This document shows positions 28,006-37,949 of a stretch of DNA of 64,000 nucleotides, in pieces. Made by a program: the position numbers and the translations under genes. This stretch comes from an uncultured Pirellulales bacterium (GTDB lineage: Bacteria; Planctomycetota; Planctomycetia; Pirellulales; S012-138). The stretch lies in contig CAZEEG010000002.1 of assembly GCA_964511065.1 (NCBI GenBank), positions 41,960 to 105,959 of the forward strand, in the 5' to 3' direction. A model generated the notes under the pieces. That model ran no database searches. It was not told the origin of the DNA and worked only from the letters and a program-made list of their open reading frames with translations. The first letter of the stretch is position 1. The number at the start of each line of letters is the position of its first letter.

Positions 28006-31000
28006 ATGAAGATGAAGAACGTTGAAGACATCTATGCCCTCTCGTCCATGCAGCAGTTGATGCTGTGGCAGGCTCTCGCGCAATCGCGCGGGGAAGTCCT
28101 CGCCGAGCAGCTTACCTGCACCCTGGCAGGACCACTGAACCTGGAACGGTTTCGCGAGGCCTGGGAATTCGTAGTTGCCCGGCATCCGCTGCTGCGCACG
28201 GCGTTTCTCTCCCAAGGACTTAAGAAGCCGGTTCAGGTCGTCCGCCAGAAGGTGGAACTTCCGTGGAACGTGATCGACTTCCGCGAGCACGATGCGGAAA
28301 CCTGCCAGCAGCAGTGGGAGACGCTCTGCCGCGAGGATCAACAGCAGGGGTTCGATGTTACCAAGGCCCCGCTCTTTCGCATCGTGCTGGCCCACACGGC
28401 GGACGATACCTGGCGATTCCTCTGGAGTTGCCACCACCTGATCCTCGACGGGTGGTGCCTGCCGCTGGTGATGAAAGAAGTGTTCACCACCTACGCGGCC
28501 CTCGATGAAGGATCGCACCCGCCGCTGGAACCGGCGCGGCCGTTTCGCGATTACGTGGCCTGGCTGGGCCGGCAGGATCAAACCGCGGCCGACGAGCATT
28601 GGCAAGCGCTGCTGGAAGGCACGGCCGGCCCGCCGGCGCTGCCGTTTCCATCACCGGCGGCCCAACTCGATGCGGACGAAGACCGTTACGGCGAAGCCGA
28701 GGTTCGGCTCGATGCAGACGACGCTGCCCGGCTCCAGCAATTGGCCTCGCAGCACAAGCTGACGCTGGCCGCGATGGTCCAAGGGGTATGGTCGGTGATG
28801 CTCGCGAGATACAGCGGGCAAGCTGATATTGTGTCGGGGGTGACCGTATCGGGCCGGCCCGCATCGCTGCCCGGGGTCGAAAGCATCGTGGGCCCGTTTA
28901 CCAACAGCCTGCCAGTGCGTACGCACGTCAACCGCGACCATGCCTGCCTGCCGTGGCTCACGGCGCTGCACGCCCAACTGCTGGATGCCCAGAACTTCCA
29001 ACATTCGGCAATGGATCAGATCCAAGCGGCGGCAGGGCTTGCCGCCGGCCAGCGGCTATTCGATACGCTGGTGGTCGTTGAGAACTATCCGCTTGATCCG
29101 CGGCTGAGCTTCCGTCCCGGCGGGGTCGAAATCCGCGACATTCGCGGAACCGCCTCGGCCGCCTTTCCCCTTACGCTGATTGCCATTCCCGGCGCGGAAC
29201 TGACATTGCGGTTGCGCTACGACCGCCGGCGGTTCTCAACGTCCACGGGCGAGCGCATCTTGGGGCACGTCGCCGCCGCGCTGGCGCGCCTTTCGCATGG
29301 CATTCCGAAAACGGTGGGCGCGTTGTTCGTCATTCCGCAGGCCGAACAGGAACGGATCGACCAGCTCGCCCAAGTTCCGGCCGACGCGCCCTGCGGCCCG
29401 CCCGCCGCCGGGCACAGAGTCCACGTGGCCGACGCATGGGGGCCATCGCCCATTGAAATCCCGGGGCGTCTGTACCTGATATCCGCTGACCCAGGGAACA
29501 GCGAAAGCGCATCCCAGCGGGAACATACCCCGTGGCAGGCTCGCTGGCGGGTTATCGACAGCGACGGCGAAGAACAACCTGCGGATTCGCAGCCTGATGC
29601 GCCTTCCCAGCCTGAAGCAACCGCGCAACAGGGAATGCTCGAGTACCTGGGCCGCGATAGCGACCCGCTGGAGGTCGATATCTATCGGGTGGACCCGGCC
29701 GAGATGGCAGCGGTCCTGGCCGGGCATCGCCTGGTGGTCGATGCGGCCGTGGTTGCGCAAGTGAACCAGCACGGTGAGCGGCGGTTAGTGGCCTATGTCG
29801 TGACCGACAAAGAATCGGCCACGGTGATCGATCCCGAGCAGCAAGCCACGCTGTTGCCGGAGCTTCGCAAGTATTTGAAGAAGCAGTTACCGCACCGTCC
29901 GTTGCCGGCCGTGATCAAGGCGCTCGATGCGATCCCGCGCACGGAGGATGGCGCCGTGGACATCGGCCAACTGCCGTCGCTTTCGCGACCCCGGCCGGAA
30001 AGTTGCGGCCCGCCAGTGCCGCCGCGATCGCGGCTGGAAGCCCGCCTGGTGGAAATCTGGTCGGACAGCTTGGGGATTCAACCGATCGGCGTGACCGATA
30101 ACTTCCAAGACCTGGGAGGGACCTCGCTGGATGCGGTGGCCATGGTGGGCCGGATCGAAGAACAATTCGCGCGGAAGGTACCACTGGTTTCGCTGGTGCA
30201 GCACCCCACCATTGAAAACCTGGCGCGCCTGCTCCGCCGCAGCGGCGACGACGCCGGGGAATCGTCGCTGGTTCCCATCCGCGCCACGGGCACGCGGCCG
30301 CCGCTGTTCTGCATCCATCCCGCCGGTGGCACCATTTACTGTTACCTGGCGTTGGCAAAGCACCTGCCAGACGAAATTCCCATCTATGGTTTGCAAGCGC
30401 GGGGGATCGACGGCGAAGCCGCACCGCACACCACGGTGATCGACATGGCCCGGTATTACGCCGATGCCATCCGTACCGTTCAGCCCGAGGGACCGTACCA
30501 GATTTGCGGCTGGTCTTCCGGCGGCATCATGACCTTTGAGGTCGCCCGGCAACTTGAAGCCCAGGGCCAGGAGTTATCGCTGGTGGCGCTGTTCGATGCC
30601 GGCATGCGCAAGCCCGGGCAGACGTTCGACGAGCGGGACTTCCTGCCGATGCTGCTGCTGCTCTTTCCGCACGAGGACGCGGAGTTCGTCGAGCAACTCC
30701 AGCGCAAAAGCGCGGAGGAGCAACTGGCGTATTTCCGCGACCGGGCCGAACTGGCCAAGGTGGTGATGCAAGACACTGAGCACAGCATCGCGCAGCATAT
30801 CTTCGCCGTGTTCCAGGCCAACGTGAAAGCCATTGTGGAGTACGAAGCGCAGCCCTGCCGCAGCCGACTGACCGTGTTCCGCGCTGAAGAAAAGGCCACG
30901 CCCATGCACGAAGACCCGGAGTTGGGCTGGGGCCCCTGGGCTGGCGGCGGCGTAGAAGTGATCGAGGTGCCCGGCAATCACGTGTCGATGTTCCGCGAGC

Positions 31001-31074
31001 CGACCATTCTCACCGTCGCCGAGCACCTGGAACGCCTGCTGATGCAGGATCAACCGGCGCCTTCGACCGCGTGA
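28006..31074 (+). CDS. Non-ribosomal peptide synthetase, C-(vestigial A)-T-TE
   Basis: NVEDIYALSSMQQ start typical after an E domain; C HHLILDGWC; degenerate A6/A7/A8/A10 only; T LGGTSL; TE GWSSGG and GNHVSM. Confidence 0.92.
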   Translation: MKMKNVEDIYALSSMQQLMLWQALAQSRGEVLAEQLTCTLAGPLNLERFREAWEFVVARHPLLRTAFLSQGLKKPVQVVRQKVELPWNVIDFREHDAETCQQQWETLCREDQQQGFDVTKAPLFRIVLAHTADDTWRFLWSCHHLILDGWCLPLVMKEVFTTYAALDEGSHPPLEPARPFRDYVAWLGRQDQTAADEHWQALLEGTAGPPALPFPSPAAQLDADEDRYGEAEVRLDADDAARLQQLASQHKLTLAAMVQGVWSVMLARYSGQADIVSGVTVSGRPASLPGVESIVGPFTNSLPVRTHVNRDHACLPWLTALHAQLLDAQNFQHSAMDQIQAAAGLAAGQRLFDTLVVVENYPLDPRLSFRPGGVEIRDIRGTASAAFPLTLIAIPGAELTLRLRYDRRRFSTSTGERILGHVAAALARLSHGIPKTVGALFVIPQAEQERIDQLAQVPADAPCGPPAAGHRVHVADAWGPSPIEIPGRLYLISADPGNSESASQREHTPWQARWRVIDSDGEEQPADSQPDAPSQPEATAQQGMLEYLGRDSDPLEVDIYRVDPAEMAAVLAGHRLVVDAAVVAQVNQHGERRLVAYVVTDKESATVIDPEQQATLLPELRKYLKKQLPHRPLPAVIKALDAIPRTEDGAVDIGQLPSLSRPRPESCGPPVPPRSRLEARLVEIWSDSLGIQPIGVTDNFQDLGGTSLDAVAMVGRIEEQFARKVPLVSLVQHPTIENLARLLRRSGDDAGESSLVPIRATGTRPPLFCIHPAGGTIYCYLALAKHLPDEIPIYGLQARGIDGEAAPHTTVIDMARYYADAIRTVQPEGPYQICGWSSGGIMTFEVARQLEAQGQELSLVALFDAGMRKPGQTFDERDFLPMLLLLFPHEDAEFVEQLQRKSAEEQLAYFRDRAELAKVVMQDTEHSIAQHIFAVFQANVKAIVEYEAQPCRSRLTVFRAEEKATPMHEDPELGWGPWAGGGVEVIEVPGNHVSMFREPTILTVAEHLERLLMQDQPAPSTA

Positions 31075-31515
31075 CAGCAAACGCTTGGCGGGAATGTCGG
31101 GCTGCCGTCGCGTTGGCACAACGTGCTGACGTTACCACGTGCTGAAGCGCCGCCGACGCGCGCGCTCATGGCTGTGAAGTTCGCAGTCGGTCCCGGCTTG
31201 CACTGTAGTGGCGCTGTAGCCATTGAGCCCAGCAGCCAACAAGGCGCATGCCAGTTGGCTATTGCAATAATTTGTTCTCTTGATAGGCTGCTAAGCAACG
31301 GACGGACATGGCCGCGTTGGTTTGCCACAAGCAATCCCACGCGGCCGATTTTTTTTGCGCTGAGCGAATCGCAATGCGCATTGCGGCAGCGAGCGTTTCG
31401 CAGCCGCATGTGCGCCGCTGCTGCGCACCCCGACCGGGGACGTCTTGAAGGTGCACTTCTTGATGCGCAGCCGCTCAAACCATTACGCACCTTCTCAGCG
31501 CGCGACCGCAGTGCG

Positions 31516-32799
31516 CTATTCGCCGGGCAGCAAGTGCTCGCCACGGATCAAGTCGGCGAACGTCTGCCGCTCGCGGATCAGGTGCGGGGCGCCGCTGGGG
31601 TCAATCATCACCTCGGCCGGCAGCGGTTTGCTGTTGTAGTTGGAAGCCATCACAAAGCCGTAGGCTCCCGCGCACTCCAGAATCAGCAGGTCGCCGACTT
31701 CGGCTTCCGGCAAGCGGCGCGTGCAGACAAAGCCGCCTTCCTCTTGGGTGAAGATGTCGCCCGACTCGCACAGCGGGCCGCCCACCACTACGTCGCGCTC
31801 GGGCCGGGCCCGATCGGGATCGCCCAGCGGGCAGACCGACATCGGGTGATACGCGCCGTACAGGATCGGCCGGGCCAGATTATTGAAGCCGGCATCAAGC
31901 AGGTAGAACGTGTTGCTGCCCATCTGCTTCACGGCGCGAACCTCGGCCACAAGGCAACCGCTCTCGGCAACCAGGTACCGGCCTGGTTCAATCTCCAGTC
32001 GCACGTCATGGCCGAACGCCTTGGCCAGCCGCTGCCGGGTTTGATCCCAAAGCTGGTAGTAGGCGTCGAGATCGACATACTGATCGCCCTCGCGATAGGG
32101 CGTAGGCAAGCCGCCGCCGGCACTGATGGTGTCGATGGAATCGCCCACCTTCAGGGCCTGCTCTTCCATCGCCCCGCACACCTGGGCCAGGTGCTCCAGG
32201 TCAGTGCCGCTGCCGATGTGCATATGTAGGCCGGTGATAGTGTGGCCCCACCGCCTGGCCCGGGCCAAGCAGTCAGCGAGGTCGGCGTGCCAGATGCCGT
32301 GCTTGGAGCTTTCGCCGCCCGTGTTGGTCTTGCGGCTGTGACCGTGGCCGAACCCTGGGTTGATCCTCAGCGTGATGGACCGCCCGCCTGCCCGCTCGCC
32401 CAGTTGGTCGAGCATCTGGGGCGAACCACAATTCACGTGGATCCCCAGTTTGGCGACAATCTCCAGCGCTTCGCGGTCGAAGATATCGGCCGTGTAGACG
32501 ATCGGAGTTGGCGTACCTTGTGGCTCGTACCCCGCGGCCAGGGCCCGGTCGATCTCGCCTGCGCTCACGGCGTCGACCAGCGCTCCCTGGCGGCGAATAA
32601 AGTCTACCACGGCCAGGTTCGAGTTCGCCTTTTGCGCATAGCGGACTACGTCGAATGCCTTGAGGTCGGCCACCCGCTGGGCGATCAGCGAAGCATCGTA
32701 AACGTAGGTCGGCGTACCGAATCGATCGACCAGGTCAGCAACCGGAATCCCGGCAATCTCACGGCGAAGCGTCTGGAAAGGGGCGCGGGCAGTGGGCAT
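31516..32799 (-). CDS. lysA: Diaminopimelate decarboxylase
   Basis: YAQKANSN PLP lysine; HMHIGSG; EPGRYLVAE; GPLCESGD; GAYGFVMASNYN. Confidence 0.95.
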   Translation of the reverse strand: MPTARAPFQTLRREIAGIPVADLVDRFGTPTYVYDASLIAQRVADLKAFDVVRYAQKANSNLAVVDFIRRQGALVDAVSAGEIDRALAAGYEPQGTPTPIVYTADIFDREALEIVAKLGIHVNCGSPQMLDQLGERAGGRSITLRINPGFGHGHSRKTNTGGESSKHGIWHADLADCLARARRWGHTITGLHMHIGSGTDLEHLAQVCGAMEEQALKVGDSIDTISAGGGLPTPYREGDQYVDLDAYYQLWDQTRQRLAKAFGHDVRLEIEPGRYLVAESGCLVAEVRAVKQMGSNTFYLLDAGFNNLARPILYGAYHPMSVCPLGDPDRARPERDVVVGGPLCESGDIFTQEEGGFVCTRRLPEAEVGDLLILECAGAYGFVMASNYNSKPLPAEVMIDPSGAPHLIRERQTFADLIRGEHLLPGE

Positions 32800-33472
32800 A
32801 AATCCAAGACTCGCTGATGGGTTGGACAAGCGGGGAGGATGTAGCGGCGGACAACACGCCAGCCACCCCTATGGTGGGCGCACGTCCGCACGGTCTGCAA
32901 GCGGTCTACGATAGCATAGCGGCCGCGCCAAGCCAGGGGGGCGAGCAGCGATTGAGCCCCTCAGAGAGTACGGCGGCATGGCAATTTCCAGTTTCCGCGC
33001 GGGGGGAAGCCCTCTGCGGCGGCCATACCCGAAGGTATTCCAAGCGCAGGGTCTGGGGGAGATGCGGAAGCGGCGGGCAAGCAGAGAACGGCTTGTGCCT
33101 GCGCCACGAGCGGCGCGCATAAAAAAAGATCCGTCGAGTGACTGTTGGGCATCGTCGCTCGACGGACCCACACCGCGGGTAAAGCGCCCAACGCTCCATG
33201 CGGTGTCCCTGTCGCGACAAGGGAGGCGGAGCAACCACAGCCGTTGCCACGACACTAAAACCATAGCTCACAATCGGGCACCAAAGGAAAAATCCTGGGC
33301 GGGAAATTACGGGGCGCTGCGCGATCGCCGCGCGTTGGCGGGCAGGTTTTCCGCGGCCTGCCGCTTGCAACCGCGGCGGCTTTCAACGAAGAATGGGGAA
33401 CTTCACGGTGGAGTCCTCCGCCAAGGTTCATCCACCAAGGTTCACACGCTGCTTGTTTCTGGGGAGTGGTTC

Positions 33473-33868
33473 ATGCTCGCGCAATGGTTGATCGGTCTGC
33501 TCGCTGGCACGATGGTTTTGGCGATGGTGCATTCGGCCGGGGCCGCCGAACCGCAACTGGCCCACATCGTTTACTTCAAGCTCAAGGACAGTTCCGACAC
33601 CGCCAAGCAAAAGCTGGTCGCAGCCTGTCATAAGTACCTCTCGGGCCACGAGGGCACCGTGTACTTCTCCGCCGGTACCCTAGTGCCGGACCTCGATCGC
33701 GAAGTGAACCAGCGTGACTGGGACGTCGCCTTGCACCTGGTGTTCAAGAACCGCGCCGCGCACGACGCTTACCAGGTTCACCCTCGCCACAAGCAGTTCA
33801 TCGAAGAAAACCGCGAGAACTGGGAAAAGGTGAAGGTGTACGACTCCTACGTGAGCGATGGTAAGTAG
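33473..33868 (+). CDS. Dabb family protein with signal peptide (second paralog)
   Basis: LAHIVYFKLK...REVNQRDWDVALHLVF...YQVHPRH..F...KVKVYDS. Confidence 0.88.
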   Translation: MLAQWLIGLLAGTMVLAMVHSAGAAEPQLAHIVYFKLKDSSDTAKQKLVAACHKYLSGHEGTVYFSAGTLVPDLDREVNQRDWDVALHLVFKNRAAHDAYQVHPRHKQFIEENRENWEKVKVYDSYVSDGK

Positions 33869-34074
33869 CGTGCGTCAGGGCGACGTGTTCGCCCTCTGGG
33901 GCCGCGCAGCATGGCCGTGGCTTGCAGCGCTGCCCACCCGGTGTGCGCCACGCTGTCGCCGGCGCAAGCCGCGCCCTGGTTCTGATGATTTCCGCTTCGC
34001 TTGCAAGGTCTGCTGCCATGGTCTGCCGCCTGTTGCTTTCCCGTCGGGATCGATGCTCCTTAGCCGCCTGGCCG

Positions 34075-35250
34075 ATGATGGTGGCCCTGCTGGTTGCCGG
34101 GCAGCGGACAGCCTTGGGCGAAGCGCCCAAGCTGGCGGTCCATATCGACTTCCCCGGTGGCTCGGCCGTGGTGGAAGACATCGACCAGGAGGCCAGGAAA
34201 ATCAAGATCCTGCCCAGCGATCATCCTCAGCGGGGCTGGCGCTGCTGGTGGTATATCCACATCACGGGCATCGAGCCGGGCGAAACCATCACGCTTGATG
34301 TCGGCGGCGGCGTTTGGGCCACGCCCGATCAGGCCACGTTCAGCACCGATGGCAAGCACTGGCGTCACACCGCACCGGGCAAGCGATCTGAGCGGCGGAT
34401 TGTGTTCCAGCAGAAGATCGATGCCAAGGAAGCCTGGTTTGCATGGGGGCCGCCCTTTGTACCCGAGGATGCCAGGCGGTTGGTCGAACAAGCGGCCGCG
34501 CGGTGCGAAGGGGCAGAAGCGTTCAATCTCTGCCAGACCCGCGGCGGCCGGGAAACCCCGGCCCTGAAACTGTCGCCTCCCGACGGCAAGAAACCCAGGT
34601 TTGGGGTGTGGATTCAGGCGCGTCAGCACGCTTGGGAGTCGGGCTCGAGTTGGGTGTGCGAAGGCGTGACCCAGTGGATCACTTCCGACGATGCCCTGGC
34701 GCGAAAGCTGCGCGACCAGGCGTTGATCGTGATTGTGCCGGTGATGGACATCGACAACGTCGCCATCGGTGCCGGCGGCAAGAACCAGCAGCCCCAGGAC
34801 CATAATCGCGATTGGACGGACACGCCGCATTGGCGGGCCGTAGCCGCGGCACAACAGGCCATCACGCAGATGGACCAGAACAAGACGTTCGATATTTTCA
34901 TCGACCTGCACAACCCGGGCGCGAACGACCGCGAACCGTTCTTCTTTGCGGCTCCCAAAGAACTGCTGAAGCCCGTTGGGCAGGAAAACCTTGACCGATT
35001 CGTGGCCATCGCCAAGGAGCAGATGCAGGGACCGTTGGCGTTCCGAGGGCGCGTGCGCGAAACCGGTGCAAACTACGACCGGGCCTGGCAGACGATCAGC
35101 AAGAATTGGGTAGCCCTGCACACCCGGCCGCACGTGGTGGCGCTGACCTTAGAAACCTCGTGGAACACGCCCGATAGCACCACGGAAGGCTACCAGGGTA
35201 TCGGGCAGGGCCTTGCCCGCACCATTGCCGAATTTCTGCTGAAGCCGTAA
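34075..35250 (+). CDS. M14 family zinc carboxypeptidase (cytosolic-carboxypeptidase-like N domain), probably exported
   Basis: ARQHAWE (HxxE), DHNRDW, IDLH and LTLET motifs. The start is uncertain (ORF open from 33922). Confidence 0.85.
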   Translation: MMVALLVAGQRTALGEAPKLAVHIDFPGGSAVVEDIDQEARKIKILPSDHPQRGWRCWWYIHITGIEPGETITLDVGGGVWATPDQATFSTDGKHWRHTAPGKRSERRIVFQQKIDAKEAWFAWGPPFVPEDARRLVEQAAARCEGAEAFNLCQTRGGRETPALKLSPPDGKKPRFGVWIQARQHAWESGSSWVCEGVTQWITSDDALARKLRDQALIVIVPVMDIDNVAIGAGGKNQQPQDHNRDWTDTPHWRAVAAAQQAITQMDQNKTFDIFIDLHNPGANDREPFFFAAPKELLKPVGQENLDRFVAIAKEQMQGPLAFRGRVRETGANYDRAWQTISKNWVALHTRPHVVALTLETSWNTPDSTTEGYQGIGQGLARTIAEFLLKP

Positions 35251-35439
35251 GCCGCGGCGTCGGGCGGAGCCCCCAGTCGCCCCTGCATGCGCATTTCTCC
35301 AGGGCATCCAATCACCCCCATACACCTCATCTTGTCGGCTTGTGGCATTTTTTTCGTCACCTGCCCGGGCAAGTTCCATTCGTAAGCCCCTGTACACAGG
35401 ATTCTTACGAAAAATCCCCTCTTTGGCCGCAAGGGCAAT

Positions 35440-35478
35440 TCGTATTGACACCAATACGATACATGTGTACACGTATCG
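35440..35478 (+). promoter_or_regulatory. Sigma70-type promoter of imuAB with overlapping palindromic operator candidates
   Basis: TTGACA at 35445-35450 inside TCGTATTG-ACAC-CAATACGA; second inverted repeat CGATAC-N10-GTATCG (35457-35478), 10 bp before the imuA ATG. Confidence 0.6.
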
Positions 35479-35488
35479 CGGTGCTAGC

Positions 35489-36235
35489 ATGGTCGAATTG
35501 CCCCAACCCACCAGCCGTGAAGTGATCCTGGCCCGTCTCCGCGAGGCGATGGCTCAGGGGCCCGCTTGCCCGGCCGAAATGGTTTCCTCTGGCTGCCCGG
35601 ACCTGGACGCGATCTTGCCCGGTGGCGGGTTTCGCCGCGGAACCTTGGTGGAATGGCTGGGTGAACCCGGCGCCGGGGCGGGCGTGCTGGCCTTGCAGGC
35701 CGCGGTCGCCGCCTGCGGTCGTGAAGGCACTTTGCTGGTAGCCGATGGCGATGGGACCCACACCCGCCACAGCCCACCGGCGGAACGGTTTTATCCGCCA
35801 GCGGCAGTGGCGGCCGGCCTGGACGCGCGGCAGTTGATCGTGGTTCGCCCGGCCGGCGCGGTGGACTACGCCTGGGCGTTGGACCAGGCCATGCGGTGCC
35901 CGGCCCTCTCGGCCGTGCTGGCTTGGCCGCGGAAGATTTCGCCCACCGCCTTCCGCCGGTTGCAGTTGGCTGCCGAAGGCTCGGGCGTGTTGGGGTTGTT
36001 GGTGCGTCCGGCCGCGGCGCAGCAGACACCATCCTGGGCCGATATTCGCCTGCTGGTGCATCCGCTGGCCCAGCACGATCCGTCTGCCGGCCGCCGCCTG
36101 AAGTTGGAACTGGTCCGCTGCCGGGGCGCGGCCCACCACCAAAGTATCGTTTTGGAGTCCGAACATGCGACGGGTACTTTGCGCATGGTTGCAGGAAACC
36201 AGCAGTCGCCCTCAGTCTTCCGCAGAGCGAAGTAA
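35489..36235 (+). CDS. imuA: ImuA family RecA-like translesion synthesis accessory protein
   Basis: SSGCPDLDAILPGGGFRRGTLVEW; WALDQAMRC; RRLQLAAE; SWADIRL; directly upstream of imuB. Confidence 0.88.
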   Translation: MVELPQPTSREVILARLREAMAQGPACPAEMVSSGCPDLDAILPGGGFRRGTLVEWLGEPGAGAGVLALQAAVAACGREGTLLVADGDGTHTRHSPPAERFYPPAAVAAGLDARQLIVVRPAGAVDYAWALDQAMRCPALSAVLAWPRKISPTAFRRLQLAAEGSGVLGLLVRPAAAQQTPSWADIRLLVHPLAQHDPSAGRRLKLELVRCRGAAHHQSIVLESEHATGTLRMVAGNQQSPSVFRRAK

Positions 36236-37763
36236 TCGGGGGAGCAGCGTACAGGGCCATCGAGAGAGCGAAGCGGAATCGGCTCAGGAACGTCACCTGC
36301 GGCGCGCCGAGACAGCATTGCAAATCGCCCAGGATTTCAGCCCTACGGTGGGTTTGGAACCCTTCGACTTTCCCCACAGCCTGCTGCTGGACATCACCGG
36401 CTTGGACCACTTGTTTGCGGCGGCCGACTTTGCAGCCTCCGCGGGCGGAATGGCCCAGACCACGCCGCCTTCTGCCTACCAAGGACAAACGCCCGGAGAA
36501 CGTGCCCTGGTGGCCAAACTGCATCGGGCGTTCAAGCGTCATGGGTTGGCCGCCTCGATGGCCGTGGCTGACACTCCCGGCGCGGCCTGGGCCTGGGCCC
36601 ATTACGGCCCGACACTGCTGGCCGCCGGGTGCGAAGTGCTCTCCCCGGATGTTCTGCCGGTGGCCGCGTTGCGGTTGGCCGACGAACCGCTCGCGCGGCT
36701 CGAAGCCCTGGGGCTGGAGCGGATCGGGCAGCTTCAGGCATTGCCCCGGGCGGCGCTGCCCTCGCGGCTAGGGCCGGAGGTTCTCCTACGGCTTGATCAA
36801 CTGGAAGGCTCGGCTTCAGAAGTTATCGCGGCTTATCAGCCGCCTGCGTTGGCCGCGGCGGGGCGTTCGCTGGAATTTCCCGCCGCTTCCACCCAGGTGC
36901 TGGAAACGCTGCTGGCCCAGTTGCTGGCCGAAGCGATCGACACGCTGCCGGCAGGGCAGGGGGTGGAACAACTCATTTGCCGACTGCGCGATGAAGCAGG
37001 GCGGTGGATCCAGTTTGCCGTGGGCCTGTACCAGGCGACTGCCAGGGCCGACCATCTGCTGGGCCTGGTCCGGCTGCGGCTGGAAACGCTGCCGCTGTCA
37101 CGGCCGGTGGAAGAACTGCATGTCGAAGTGCCCGCCGCTGGCCCGCTCGCCTGGCAACAGCGTGAGTTGTTTGAACCGCGGCCCGATACCGCACGCCAAC
37201 GGGCTTTATTGATCGACCGGCTCAGCACGCGGTTGGGGCGCCGGGCCGTGCTGCGGGCGCGCTGCATGGCCGATGCGCAACCGGAGTTTGCCTGCCGGCT
37301 GGAACCACTGATTCCGCCGCGGCTGCGAGGCACTTCGCTGCGCCATCGCCGCCGCCCTGCCCGGCGCCTCCGCCGCTCGGGAGCCTCAGGATACCGCCGC
37401 GCTGGGGCGGGCTGGCAATCGGGAACGGATGCTTCGCCGGTTGGCAATCCGTGGCTGCGGCCGTGGCGGCTGTTCGCCCGGCCAACCCCGGTGGAGGTGG
37501 TTTCTGTAGCCCCCGATGGGCCGCCGCAAAACTTCGCCGTGCGCAGCCGCCAAAGCCCCCGGGGGGATGGAGCGGCCGGCAACCTGCCGCGCCTGCTACG
37601 GATCGTCCGTTACTGGGGCCCCGAGCGGATCGAAACCGCCTGGTGGCGAGGGCAAATGGTCCGCCGCGATTACTACCGGGTGGAAACGGAAGACGGCCGC
37701 TGGTTCTGGCTGTTCCGCGATCTGCGCAGCGGACGCTGGTTCTGGCACGGCAGCTTTGATTGA
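36165..37763 (+). CDS. imuB: ImuB, catalytically inactive Y-family DNA polymerase
   Basis: FSPTVGLE..LLLDITG; LPVAALRL; QRELF clamp-binding motif; GPERIETAWW..RRDYYRVETEDG.FWLFRD C-terminus. Confidence 0.88.
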   Translation: MRRVLCAWLQETSSRPQSSAERSNRGSSVQGHRESEAESAQERHLRRAETALQIAQDFSPTVGLEPFDFPHSLLLDITGLDHLFAAADFAASAGGMAQTTPPSAYQGQTPGERALVAKLHRAFKRHGLAASMAVADTPGAAWAWAHYGPTLLAAGCEVLSPDVLPVAALRLADEPLARLEALGLERIGQLQALPRAALPSRLGPEVLLRLDQLEGSASEVIAAYQPPALAAAGRSLEFPAASTQVLETLLAQLLAEAIDTLPAGQGVEQLICRLRDEAGRWIQFAVGLYQATARADHLLGLVRLRLETLPLSRPVEELHVEVPAAGPLAWQQRELFEPRPDTARQRALLIDRLSTRLGRRAVLRARCMADAQPEFACRLEPLIPPRLRGTSLRHRRRPARRLRRSGASGYRRAGAGWQSGTDASPVGNPWLRPWRLFARPTPVEVVSVAPDGPPQNFAVRSRQSPRGDGAAGNLPRLLRIVRYWGPERIETAWWRGQMVRRDYYRVETEDGRWFWLFRDLRSGRWFWHGSFD

Positions 37764-37949
37764 AGCCTGTGATTTGTCGCGCGCACGGCCCGCAACGCCG
37801 TGGCACATGTGATCCATCAAACGCCCAGCGCTTGCTTAGCTCCGGTTATCGCAGGACATAATGCCGATTGATCGAATATGTCGCGTTCGATCATGCACGA
37901 CAGGCTGGACCAACCGGCCAGTGGAACCGGCCCTACAGGTGCTCGCCAC

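Noticed and set aside
17069..31074. NRPS locus as a mobile genomic island
   Set aside because: No integrase, transposase, tRNA or flanking att-like repeats seen, and no obvious compositional shift.
31370..31385. Perfect 16-bp palindrome CGCAATGCGCATTGCG between the convergent NRPS and lysA genes
   Set aside because: Single copy with no adjacent U-tract; no function can be supported.
33354..33369. Weak sigma54-like CGGCCTGCCGCTTGCA upstream of the second Dabb gene
   Set aside because: Lacks the GGCAC core; plausible by chance in GC-rich DNA.
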